This document shows, piece after piece, positions 17,982-27,146 of a stretch of DNA of 30,153 nt (positions are counted from its first letter, which is position 1; every line of letters begins with the position of its first letter). The stretch is from a virus (Duplodnaviria > Caudoviricetes): positions 1-30,153 of IMG/VR virus record IMGVR_UViG_3300044216_001789; one strand, written 5' to 3'. The translations under genes were made by a program, and so were the position numbers. The notes under the pieces were generated by a model. The model had not been told where the DNA came from. It made no database searches and saw only the letters and a program-made list of their open reading frames with translations.

Positions 17982-18410
17982 ATGACCTTAGATGAATTAA
18001 AACAAATCGTTTACAAAGAATTACCCGTAGATAAAGATCACTTAGACACAGAGTCTTTAAGAAATCAAGAATTGTATGCAAAGTTTATTGATTACAAAAC
18101 TAACTTTGATTTTTTACTTGCAAAGGCAAAAGGTGAATATAAAGTTTTATATAAAGAAAAGTGGGAATACTATGGCGGTAAAGCAGACGCAAAAATTTAT
18201 GTAACTAAACCATTTGATCTTAAAGTATTAAAAAATGATTTACATATTTACATAGAGTCTGATAAAGATATTATTGATGCAGAAAATAAAATTATATATT
18301 TAGAGACAACAACAAAATATATTGATCATGTACTAAAGTCAGTACAGGCAAGAGGGTGGGATATTAAAAATGCTATTGAATGGAAAAAGTTTGAAGCTGG
18401 AATGGTTTAA
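17982..18410 (+). CDS. uvsY: Recombination mediator UvsY
   Basis: KWEYYGGKA, PFDLKVLK, YIESD, RGWDIKNAIEWKKF. Confidence 0.9.
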   Translation: MTLDELKQIVYKELPVDKDHLDTESLRNQELYAKFIDYKTNFDFLLAKAKGEYKVLYKEKWEYYGGKADAKIYVTKPFDLKVLKNDLHIYIESDKDIIDAENKIIYLETTTKYIDHVLKSVQARGWDIKNAIEWKKFEAGMV

Positions 18411-18412
18411 TA

Positions 18413-19924
18413 ATGTTAGACAAAAAAGAACCTGCAAGATACGGCGATTGGATACAATGGAAGTTAAGACAAGATAGAAATAAAAATATAATATTTGTTC
18501 ACAAAATAAATGATGTTCATTTACAAGTTGAATGTGAACCACATGTCTCAAAAGAACTAAGTTCCTTTTTTGAGTTTGAAGTGCCAGGTGCTAAATTTAT
18601 GCCGGCATATCGTAATAGAATATGGGATGGCAAAATTCGTTTATTCTCTCAAAAAACAAATAAAATTTATGTTGGTTTATTATCTTATCTAGAGGACTTT
18701 TTTAAAAACAATGAATTAAAATATATTCTACATGATAATGTAAAAGATAATAAATCTATAGATCCAAAAGATGTTGAGGGATTTATTAAATCATTAAAAA
18801 TACCTTTTGATGCCAGAGATTATCAATTCAATGCAATATGCACAGCAATAGAAAAATCAAGAGGATTATTGTTATCACCTACTGCGTCAGGTAAATCATA
18901 TATCATATATTGTTTAGTGCGTTACTATAGAATGATGAATAAAAAAATATTGATATTAGTACCGACAACTTCACTTGTAGAACAAATGACAAATGATTTT
19001 ATTTCATATGGTTGGACTGAAAGTAACATACATAAAATTTACTCTGGTCATGATAAACAAACAGATAAATCTGTGGTTATATCAACTTGGCAATCTTTAT
19101 ATAAACTTAATAAAAAATATTTTGATCAATATGAGTGTATCTTTGGTGATGAAGCACATACATTTAAAGCAAAGTCATTAACTAACATTATGGAAAAATT
19201 AGAAGATTGTCCTTATCGTTTTGGATTTACAGGAACACTTGACGGAACACAAACACATAGATTAGTATTAGAAGGTTTGTTTGGAAAAGTAGAAAAAGTT
19301 ATCTCTACAAAAGAACTTATGGATAAAAAAACATTGGCACAACTGAATGCAAATTGTATCGTTCTTAAATACAACGAGAATGAAAGTAAACAAGTAAAGG
19401 ATCATAAATATTCTGAAGAAATAAATTTTCTTGTTAGTCACAATAAAAGAAATAATTTTATCACTAATTTATGTAAAAAATTGAAAGGCAACACTCTATG
19501 TCTATTTCAGTTAGTCGAAAAACATGGTAATGTATTATACGATATGATGAAAGGTGATAATACTCATTATGTACATGGAGGCACAAGTGCTGAAGATAGA
19601 GAGAAGGTTAGAGAACTTGTTAACAATTCAAATAATTCAATCATTATTGCATCATATGGTACTTTCTCTACTGGTATTAATATTCCTAATCTTAATAACA
19701 TCGTGTTCGCAAGTCCAAGTAAAAGCAGAATACGTGTGCTCCAATCAATTGGCCGTGGGTTGCGTAAGTCCACAAGTAAAGATTCCGTTTTAATTTATGA
19801 TATCTGCGATGATTTATCATATAAAGGAAAGAAGAATTACACACTATTACACTTTGAGGAAAGAATAAATATATACAACGAGGAAAGTTTTACATATAAA
19901 ATAGATACGCTGTATTTATTGTAA
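18413..19924 (+). CDS. uvsW: SF2 helicase UvsW
   Basis: WDGKIRLF, SPTASGKS, GDEAH, GFTGTL, STGINI, LQSIGRGLR. Confidence 0.95.
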   Translation: MLDKKEPARYGDWIQWKLRQDRNKNIIFVHKINDVHLQVECEPHVSKELSSFFEFEVPGAKFMPAYRNRIWDGKIRLFSQKTNKIYVGLLSYLEDFFKNNELKYILHDNVKDNKSIDPKDVEGFIKSLKIPFDARDYQFNAICTAIEKSRGLLLSPTASGKSYIIYCLVRYYRMMNKKILILVPTTSLVEQMTNDFISYGWTESNIHKIYSGHDKQTDKSVVISTWQSLYKLNKKYFDQYECIFGDEAHTFKAKSLTNIMEKLEDCPYRFGFTGTLDGTQTHRLVLEGLFGKVEKVISTKELMDKKTLAQLNANCIVLKYNENESKQVKDHKYSEEINFLVSHNKRNNFITNLCKKLKGNTLCLFQLVEKHGNVLYDMMKGDNTHYVHGGTSAEDREKVRELVNNSNNSIIIASYGTFSTGINIPNLNNIVFASPSKSRIRVLQSIGRGLRKSTSKDSVLIYDICDDLSYKGKKNYTLLHFEERINIYNEESFTYKIDTLYLL

Positions 19925-19942
19925 AATAGATAAGGTAAACAT

Positions 19943-20359
19943 ATGTCACAACAAATAATAAAATTTAATTCAGGCGAAGAAGTAATATGTAACGTTGTTA
20001 AAGACGTTGGTGATTATATATCAATAGAAAATCCAATGAAAATGTTAACAATTCCTAGAGCAACTAAACGAGGTATTGTTGAGTCTTTAACATTATCAAG
20101 ATGGTTGTATCCTTACACTGAACAAAAAATATGTAAAGTAAGAAAAGATTCAATTACAACTATCATGTCTGCATCTGAAGGTTTAAAAACTTTTTACTAC
20201 AGACAACTTGAACAAGGCGAAAAACAAGAACTTAAAATTCACGATTGGGAAGCAAGAGATTATAATGAGTTGGGTGAAGACTTTGACGAAGAAGAAGTTA
20301 AAAAATACCTAGAGGCTTTAGAACCTTTAAAATCTGTTAAGAAAAAAATCCTACACTAA
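19943..20359 (+). CDS. Hypothetical protein (possibly Sm-like fold) between uvsW and gp55
   Basis: IKFNSGEEVIC...IENPM N-terminus; AAGGT RBS; syntenic slot. Confidence 0.65.
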   Translation: MSQQIIKFNSGEEVICNVVKDVGDYISIENPMKMLTIPRATKRGIVESLTLSRWLYPYTEQKICKVRKDSITTIMSASEGLKTFYYRQLEQGEKQELKIHDWEARDYNELGEDFDEEEVKKYLEALEPLKSVKKKILH

Positions 20360-20372
20360 AAATATTTTTTTG

Positions 20373-20401
20373 TTGACTTTTATCCCATAAAGTGATAGAT
20401 T
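20373..20401 (+). promoter_or_regulatory. Sigma70-like promoter for gp55
   Basis: TTGACT-17 bp-TAGATT with extended TGn. Confidence 0.6.
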
Positions 20402-20406
20402 ATGAC

Positions 20407-20946
20407 ATGGCAAAAACCAAAAAAAATCCACAACATTATGTAGATAATAAAAAACTTTTAGAAGAAATGAAAAAGTTTAAAAAAATGTGTAAGGATGCAG
20501 AAGCAGTTGGCGATAATATGCCACCAGTACCAGATTACGTTGGTGAGTGTTTTTTAAAGATTGCGAATGGTTTATCGTTTAGACCTAACTTCATAAATTA
20601 TACTTATCGAGATGAAATGATTTCAGACGGAATAGAAAATTGTTTACAATATGTTTACAATTTTGACCCTAATAAATCCAATAATCCTTTTGCGTATTTC
20701 ACACAAATAATATACTTTGCATTCATAAGAAGAATACAAAAAGAGAAAAAACAAACACATATTAAACATAAGATAATTGAAAAAGAAGAATACCGCACAC
20801 ATGATGTTTTACCTATGGATTCAACAAACTATAGTATTCATGGATTTGATCCTACTATAATACTACCTGATGAACCTGTATATAAAACAAAAGAAAAAGA
20901 AAAATCACAGAGACCATCAGGCCTTGAGGAGTTTATGGACGATTAA
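20407..20946 (+). CDS. gp55: Late transcription sigma factor gp55
   Basis: HYVDNK, YVGECFLKIA, RPNFINYTYRDEMISDGIENC, NPFAYFTQIIYFAFIRRIQKEKKQ; start reassigned to ATG 20407. Confidence 0.95.
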   Translation: MAKTKKNPQHYVDNKKLLEEMKKFKKMCKDAEAVGDNMPPVPDYVGECFLKIANGLSFRPNFINYTYRDEMISDGIENCLQYVYNFDPNKSNNPFAYFTQIIYFAFIRRIQKEKKQTHIKHKIIEKEEYRTHDVLPMDSTNYSIHGFDPTIILPDEPVYKTKEKEKSQRPSGLEEFMDD

Positions 20947-22007
20947 TGAAAGTTGCTATATTATGTGATTCGCACTTTGGTGCAAGAAATGATAATTCTT
21001 TTTTTCTAGAATATATGTTTCAGTTTTACGAGGGAGTTTTCTTTCCCTATTTACAACAACACAATATTAAAACAGTTATTCACTTAGGCGATCTAATGGA
21101 TAGAAGAAAATACGTATCTATCAAAACTGCAAAAGAGTTTAGAGAAAGATTTATGTTGCCAATAAATCATATGAAGTTAGACTTTCATTGTCTTGTAGGT
21201 AATCATGATATTTTTTTTAAAAATACAAATGATGTAAATTCATTAAGAGAACTTATTGATGGTCGATCTGATAAAATAAAAATATATGAAGATCCAACTG
21301 ATGTTAATATTGGTGGATTAGATATTTTATTCTTACCTTGGATTACACCACAAAATCAAATATACACTGAAGGTATGATTGACCAAACTACTGCAAGTAT
21401 TGTTATGGGTCATTTAGAAATAAAAGGTTTTCAAATGAACAAAGGTATAGTAAGTGATCATGGTGTTGATAAAGGATTGTTCTCAAAGTTTCAAACAGTT
21501 TTTTCTGGTCACTATCATCACAAATCAGATGATGGTCAAATATATTATCTCGGTGCTCCTTATGAGATTTATTGGAATGATTATAATGATACAAAAGGAT
21601 TTCATATATTTGATACTGAAACTTTAGAATTGACAAGAGTTTTAAACCCTTTTAGAATGCATGAAAAAATCTATTATGATGACACACAGACGGCATATGA
21701 AAATCATGATGTCGCACAATATAGTAACAAATTCGTAAAAGTTATTATTGTAAATAAAAAGGATTTATATCAGTTTGATAGATTCATGGAAAGACTAATG
21801 AAAGCAAATTGTCATGATGTAAAGGTAATCGAAGACTTTTCTGATTTATCTGCCGATACAGTGTCAGATGACATAGTTCAATACGCAGAGGATACAACAA
21901 CATTAATAAACAAATACGTAGATGAGTTAGAAATAGAATTAGATAAAGATAGAATAAAAAGAATTATGCGAGGATTATATAACGAGGCCCAAGATTTAGA
22001 ATTATGA
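20946..22007 (+). CDS. gp47: Recombination nuclease gp47 (Mre11/SbcD-like)
   Basis: DSHFG, HLGD, GNHD, GHLE, SGHYH metallophosphoesterase motifs. Confidence 0.95.
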   Translation: MKVAILCDSHFGARNDNSFFLEYMFQFYEGVFFPYLQQHNIKTVIHLGDLMDRRKYVSIKTAKEFRERFMLPINHMKLDFHCLVGNHDIFFKNTNDVNSLRELIDGRSDKIKIYEDPTDVNIGGLDILFLPWITPQNQIYTEGMIDQTTASIVMGHLEIKGFQMNKGIVSDHGVDKGLFSKFQTVFSGHYHHKSDDGQIYYLGAPYEIYWNDYNDTKGFHIFDTETLELTRVLNPFRMHEKIYYDDTQTAYENHDVAQYSNKFVKVIIVNKKDLYQFDRFMERLMKANCHDVKVIEDFSDLSADTVSDDIVQYAEDTTTLINKYVDELEIELDKDRIKRIMRGLYNEAQDLEL

Positions 22008-22282
22008 TAGATTCAATAAAAGCATTTTGGATTGATAGTTATCAGTCACATAAACTTGCGTTTTACTTTGAGATGATAAGTGCAATCGCAGTTATTAATG
22101 GTAGTATGATTTTAACTTATACAGTTTTAGATCCTAGACCAGATATATTTTTACCATTTTACTTTGTTGCTAGTACCACAGGGTTTGTCGGTGCATACTA
22201 TAGAAAGTCTGCTTGGGTTATGGTGTTAACTTTTTGGTTTACAATAATGAATACTATTGGTCTTTGGAGATTGTTTTTATGA
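22004..22282 (+). CDS. Small membrane protein (about 3 hydrophobic segments)
   Basis: 92 aa, strongly hydrophobic; ATGA overlaps with both gp47 and gp46. Confidence 0.7.
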   Translation: MIDSIKAFWIDSYQSHKLAFYFEMISAIAVINGSMILTYTVLDPRPDIFLPFYFVASTTGFVGAYYRKSAWVMVLTFWFTIMNTIGLWRLFL

Positions 22283-23988
22283 TAAACTTTAATTGTGTTC
22301 GTTGGAAAAACTTTCTTTCAACAGGTAATACTTTTACTGAGATACCTTTAGATAAAAATGCCACCACACTTATTGTGGGTGAGAATGGTGCAGGTAAGTC
22401 AACAATACTTGATGCATTATGTTTTTCACTTTTTGGAAAACCTTTTCGTGTAATTAGTAAATCACAATTAGTTAATTCTATTAATGATAGAGAGACAGTT
22501 GTTGAAGTTGAATTTAGTATAGGAACGAAAGAATGGAAAATTATTCGTGGTATTAGACCTAATATTTTTGAAATATATTGTGATAGTATATTAGTAAATC
22601 AAGATGCCAACTCTAGAGACTATCAAAAGTTTTTAGAACAAAATGTATTAAGATTAAATTATAGATCATTTACACAAGTGGTTATTTTAGGATCATCTAC
22701 ATTTGTTCCTTTCATGCAACTCAAGGCATCTCATCGTAGAGAAGTTGTTGAGGAAATACTTGATATAAAAATATTTTCTATTATGGGTATGTTATTAAAA
22801 CAAAAAATAAAAGATCTTACTGATGAAATAAAAGAACTAGATTATCAGTTTGAACTTGCAGTTGAAAAAATTTCAATGCAACAAAATTACATAGATGATA
22901 TGAAAGCAAATAAAGAACAAATCATATTAGAAAAACAAATGACATATAAAAATAATAAAAGTGTGTTGGATGAGAGAACTGAAGAGTTTGATTTTATAGG
23001 TGAAGAAAATATTGACTTGATGAAACAAACAGATGATCATGACACAATAAAAGGTAAACTACAAAAGTTTAATAATCTTAGAGCAACATTAATAGAAAAA
23101 CATAAACAATTAACAAAAGATGCAGAGTTTTTTAAGAATAATGAAAACTGTCCTACATGTTTACAAGATATTGAATCATCTCATAAACAATCTATGTTAC
23201 ATGATAAAGAAGATAAGATAAAAAATATAGTTGATGGTGCAACTAAACTTAAAGATGAACTAAAAGATGTCGAAGTAAGACTAGATGAAATAAATGATAT
23301 TCTAACAAAAGTTCGTGAGAATGAAGTTAGAAGAGCAGAGTTGTCATCATCAATAACAGAATTAGAAAAGTATAATCAAAAACTAGATGATGAGATTTCA
23401 TCTTTTGAGTCAGGTTCAGTATCAGAAACAGACATAGATAAATTATCAAATATGAAAAATGAATGTAAAGGTGTTGAGAATACTAGAAGCACAAAAAAAG
23501 AAGAGAGAGTTTATGTACATGCAGCCAGAGATATGTTAGATGATGCAGGTATAAAAACTAAAATTATAAAACAATACTTACCAATTATGAATCAATTGAT
23601 TAATAAGTATTTGATGTCTATGGAATTTTATGTTAACTTTAATTTAGATGAGAACTTTAATGAAACTATTAGATCAAGATTTAGAGATGCATTTAATTAT
23701 GCCTCATTTAGTGAAGGTGAAAAGATGCGTATAGACCTTGCACTACTTTTTACTTGGAGAGCAATTGCAAAAATGAAAAACTCTACAAATACAAACTTAT
23801 TAATACTTGATGAAATATTTGATAGTTCACTTGATGGTCAAGGAACAGATGAGTTCTTACGTATTCTTAATACTTTAGATAATGAGAATGTTTTTGTAAT
23901 TAGTCACAAAGGTGATCAATTAGCAGACAAATTTAGAAACAGTATTAGATTCGAAAAGATTCAAAACTTTTCAAGGATAGCATCATGA
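22279..23988 (+). CDS. gp46: Recombination ATPase gp46 (Rad50/SbcC-like)
   Basis: WKNFLSTGN, GENGAGKST, CPTC zinc hook, FSEGEKMRIDLALL, LILDEIFDSSLD; start at ATG 22279 with GGAG RBS. Confidence 0.96.
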   Translation: MINFNCVRWKNFLSTGNTFTEIPLDKNATTLIVGENGAGKSTILDALCFSLFGKPFRVISKSQLVNSINDRETVVEVEFSIGTKEWKIIRGIRPNIFEIYCDSILVNQDANSRDYQKFLEQNVLRLNYRSFTQVVILGSSTFVPFMQLKASHRREVVEEILDIKIFSIMGMLLKQKIKDLTDEIKELDYQFELAVEKISMQQNYIDDMKANKEQIILEKQMTYKNNKSVLDERTEEFDFIGEENIDLMKQTDDHDTIKGKLQKFNNLRATLIEKHKQLTKDAEFFKNNENCPTCLQDIESSHKQSMLHDKEDKIKNIVDGATKLKDELKDVEVRLDEINDILTKVRENEVRRAELSSSITELEKYNQKLDDEISSFESGSVSETDIDKLSNMKNECKGVENTRSTKKEERVYVHAARDMLDDAGIKTKIIKQYLPIMNQLINKYLMSMEFYVNFNLDENFNETIRSRFRDAFNYASFSEGEKMRIDLALLFTWRAIAKMKNSTNTNLLILDEIFDSSLDGQGTDEFLRILNTLDNENVFVISHKGDQLADKFRNSIRFEKIQNFSRIAS

Positions 23989-24134
23989 CACAAAATAAAT
24001 TAAAAAGAATAAAATTATACATTTTGTTATATTGGAATACTTTTTTAAGTCATTTTCAACGTAGAGAAAAAACTGATGTATTTATTTACGAGGATAAAAG
24101 TGAAGTGGAACAAAACACCGATAAGAAAGATTAG
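23985..24134 (+). CDS. Small hypothetical protein (49 aa)
   Basis: Not in the ORF track. MTQNKLKRIKLYILLYWNTFLSHFQRREKTDVFIYEDKSEVEQNTDKKD; ATGA overlap with the gp46 stop, AAGGA upstream; fills the gap before the next gene. Confidence 0.55.
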   Translation: MTQNKLKRIKLYILLYWNTFLSHFQRREKTDVFIYEDKSEVEQNTDKKD

Positions 24135-24753
24135 TTTATCAATAACTAATTTTTGTAATGCAGGTTGTCCTCAATGCGACAGAATTAATCCAAACGGTTG
24201 TGGAACTGCTGAATGGGTACCACTTGTACAGTGGTCATTAGAAGATTTTAAAAAAGCATTTCCAAAAGAAACATTAGAAAAATTAGATGAAGTTCAATTT
24301 TGTGGAACTTGGGGTGATCCACTTATGCTCAAAGATTTATATCCCATATGTGAATATATTATTGATGAGAGTAATTGTAGAATAGAAATCACAACAAATG
24401 GTTCTATTAGGGATGAAGATTATTATTGGCAACTTGGTATATTGTGTGGCAAAAGATTAAAAATGTATTTTGATATTGATGGTGTAGATCAAGATATGCA
24501 TAGTCATTATCGCAGAAAAACTAATTTAGAAAAAACATTAAAGAATATGAAAACATTATCTGAAACATGGTCAACACCAATGGCACAAACAGTTGTTTTT
24601 GAACATAATCGACCACATCTTAAAGAGATTGAAAATCTTGCAAAGGACAATGGTGCAAAATATTGGCGTCATTTTGATTCTAATAGATTTTTTGAAAGTG
24701 ATAATTTTGAATTTATTGATGAGAATGGAAAGAAGCAGGTATTAAGAAAATGA
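24100..24753 (+). CDS. Radical SAM core domain (without the auxiliary cluster domain)
   Basis: CNAGCPQC, FCGTWGDP, ITTNGS, FDIDG, VFEHN. GTG 24100 with GAGGA RBS preferred; ATG 24076 possible. Confidence 0.85.
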   Translation: MKWNKTPIRKISLSITNFCNAGCPQCDRINPNGCGTAEWVPLVQWSLEDFKKAFPKETLEKLDEVQFCGTWGDPLMLKDLYPICEYIIDESNCRIEITTNGSIRDEDYYWQLGILCGKRLKMYFDIDGVDQDMHSHYRRKTNLEKTLKNMKTLSETWSTPMAQTVVFEHNRPHLKEIENLAKDNGAKYWRHFDSNRFFESDNFEFIDENGKKQVLRK

Positions 24754-25085
24754 GTAAGTGTATTAGTTGTGAATGGAAAAATAATGAAGTTGTTATTGTT
24801 AACCCAGACGGACAAGTGTTTCCATGTTGTTATTTAAGTAATCTTGCTTACAAGTATGATATAACTAAAGATGATAGATTATATAAAACTGAAAATGAAA
24901 ACAAAAATAAACACATCATGAAAGAATATATGGAAAATAAAAATGAGTATAATATTTTTAATAAACCATTAGATCAAATATTGAAATCAAAATGGTTCGA
25001 TGAAACTCTTCCTAAATCATGGGAAAATTATGATGATGCTTATTACAAATGTAAAAGAAAATGTACGATAGAAAAAGATGATTAA
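24750..25085 (+). CDS. Stand-alone Twitch/SPASM-like Fe-S domain
   Basis: CISC...VNPDGQVFPCCY...YNIFNKPLDQIL...W...CKRKC. Confidence 0.8.
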   Translation: MSKCISCEWKNNEVVIVNPDGQVFPCCYLSNLAYKYDITKDDRLYKTENENKNKHIMKEYMENKNEYNIFNKPLDQILKSKWFDETLPKSWENYDDAYYKCKRKCTIEKDD

Positions 25086-26394
25086 TGTAGGCGTATCTGA
25101 AGGTTTTCATGATGCAGGTGTAACTGTATTAGATGGTCAAGAAATTAAATATGCATCTCACAGTGAAAGATATAGCAGAAAGAAAGGTGATAAATGGATT
25201 CATCCAAAACAAATGAAATTAGGTTATCACAACATTGCATATTACGAATCACCATTTTGGAAAAACACTAGAAGATTATATGCAGGTCAATCATTAGAAC
25301 GGCCAAGAAGAAAATACGATTACTATTTTAAACATCATCAATCACATGCTGCGGCAGGTTATTTTACTGCACCATTTCATGATTGTAATATTATTGTTGT
25401 TGACGCAATCGGTGAATGGGATACTGTTACGATATGGGATAATATGAAAAAAATTAAATCATTTAAATATCCATATTCATTAGGATTATTATATTCAGCA
25501 ATTACGCACAGACTTGGTTTGAAACCAAACGAGGATGAGTATATCACAATGGGAATGGCTGCATATGGCGAACCCAAATATGATTTAGAACATCTTTTAT
25601 ATAAGAACAATCATTGGGGTGTAGGAAATTTACTACCAAATGCACGTGATGAAGATTTGGCTGCATCCGTTCAAAATCTTTATGAAACAAAACTTTTAGA
25701 ACTATTGAAATACACAACGAAAAATAATTTGATATTAATGGGTGGATGTGCTTTAAATTGTGTTGCAAATAGTAAGATACCAGATCATTATGATATATGG
25801 ATAATGCCATCGCCAGGTGATGCAGGTTCTTCTCTTGGTGCGGCTGCATTGATCAACAAGGTAAGATTAAATTGGAAACATCCATATCTGGGTCATAATA
25901 TTAGTAGAACTATAAATCCAAAAGAAGTCGTTAGACATTTATTAGAACACAAATATTGTGGTGTTGCAAATGGACGTGCTGAGTTTGGACCAAGAGCATT
26001 AGGAAATCGTTCACTAATTGCTGATCCTAGATATCCTGTAAAAGATACTATCAATCAAATTAAAAGAAGACAAAAGTTTCGTCCTTTTGCACCTATGATA
26101 TTAGAGGAACACTTTGATGATTATTTTAAAGGTAGAAAGAATAGATATATGCAATTTGTATCGAAAGCATTGCATGATTATGATGCTGTGACTCATGTTG
26201 ATGGTTCTGCAAGGGTACAAGTCGTAGAAAAGAGAAACCCGTCTGTATGTCGTGCTATTCTAGAAGAATGGTATGAAAAAACAGGATGTCCTATGTTATT
26301 AAACACATCTTTGAATATTAAAGGTCAACCTATTGTTAATACAATAGAAGATGCACAAGAATTTGAAAGTAAGTACAAAGTAAAGGTATTTTAA
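25078..26394 (+). CDS. O-carbamoyltransferase (NodU/CmcH/TobZ family)
   Basis: GFHDAG, SERYSRKK, HHQSHAA, MGMAAYG, GGCALNCVAN, GDAGSSLGAA, EFGPRALGNRS, FRPFAP, HVDGSARVQ, LLNTSLN. Confidence 0.95.
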   Translation: MINVGVSEGFHDAGVTVLDGQEIKYASHSERYSRKKGDKWIHPKQMKLGYHNIAYYESPFWKNTRRLYAGQSLERPRRKYDYYFKHHQSHAAAGYFTAPFHDCNIIVVDAIGEWDTVTIWDNMKKIKSFKYPYSLGLLYSAITHRLGLKPNEDEYITMGMAAYGEPKYDLEHLLYKNNHWGVGNLLPNARDEDLAASVQNLYETKLLELLKYTTKNNLILMGGCALNCVANSKIPDHYDIWIMPSPGDAGSSLGAAALINKVRLNWKHPYLGHNISRTINPKEVVRHLLEHKYCGVANGRAEFGPRALGNRSLIADPRYPVKDTINQIKRRQKFRPFAPMILEEHFDDYFKGRKNRYMQFVSKALHDYDAVTHVDGSARVQVVEKRNPSVCRAILEEWYEKTGCPMLLNTSLNIKGQPIVNTIEDAQEFESKYKVKVF

Positions 26395-27146
26395 TGATTA
26401 TAGTGGGTGGTTGTAGTTTCACAGATAAGAATATGCCAAAAAGTGCGATACCTAATCCAATGGATTTTAAAATGTGGCCAGAATTATTATCTGAAAAATT
26501 AAATACAGATGTCATTAATACTGCGAAATGTGGTAGTGGTAATGAAAGAATCTATCATTCTGTCATGAATGAAATATTTAAACATGATGAAAAAAAGATT
26601 GATCGTGTAATAATATCATGGACAGAATGGACAAGACAAGATTTTATGGTAGGTAATACATGGAAAAGTATCGTTCCAAAAATAAAAGATATGAAAGATG
26701 AACACACAAAAGCAAGAGTGTATGATTATGCAAAACTAAATCAATGGTATAATGAATGTTTCAATAACGATTATCCAAACATTGAAAATGTTATTAGAAA
26801 AAATCTACATTTTTTTTATTCTATGTATGCTGTTTGCAAACAAAAAAATATTGAACTAAGAATGTTTCAAATGTTAAATTGTATTAATAATTATTATAAT
26901 AATGAATTTGAATTAGAAGCATTAAAATTTAAGTCTATAAGTGAGATGTTGGATAATAATATTACTCTTGAATTAAATGGTAAAATATTTTATGGATGGC
27001 CCGGTATAAAAAGAATAGGAGGGTATACATTAATGGATGTTTTAAAACGAAAAAATCAGTTTATGCCTATTAATCACATTGATGCACATCCAAATGAAAA
27101 GTCTCAAAAATATATAATGGAACTTATTTACAATGAAATTTATTAG
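26394..27146 (+). CDS. SGNH/GDSL-like hydrolase or acyltransferase
   Basis: N-terminal GGCSFT (GDS-like), NTAKCGSGN, C-terminal DAHPN (DxH-like block V). Confidence 0.6.
   Translation: MIIVGGCSFTDKNMPKSAIPNPMDFKMWPELLSEKLNTDVINTAKCGSGNERIYHSVMNEIFKHDEKKIDRVIISWTEWTRQDFMVGNTWKSIVPKIKDMKDEHTKARVYDYAKLNQWYNECFNNDYPNIENVIRKNLHFFYSMYAVCKQKNIELRMFQMLNCINNYYNNEFELEALKFKSISEMLDNNITLELNGKIFYGWPGIKRIGGYTLMDVLKRKNQFMPINHIDAHPNEKSQKYIMELIYNEIY

Noticed and set aside
24740-24753. Programmed -1 frameshift fusing the rSAM core and SPASM ORFs
   Set aside because: No X-XXY-YYZ slippery heptamer or obvious downstream structure; translational coupling is simpler, though not excluded
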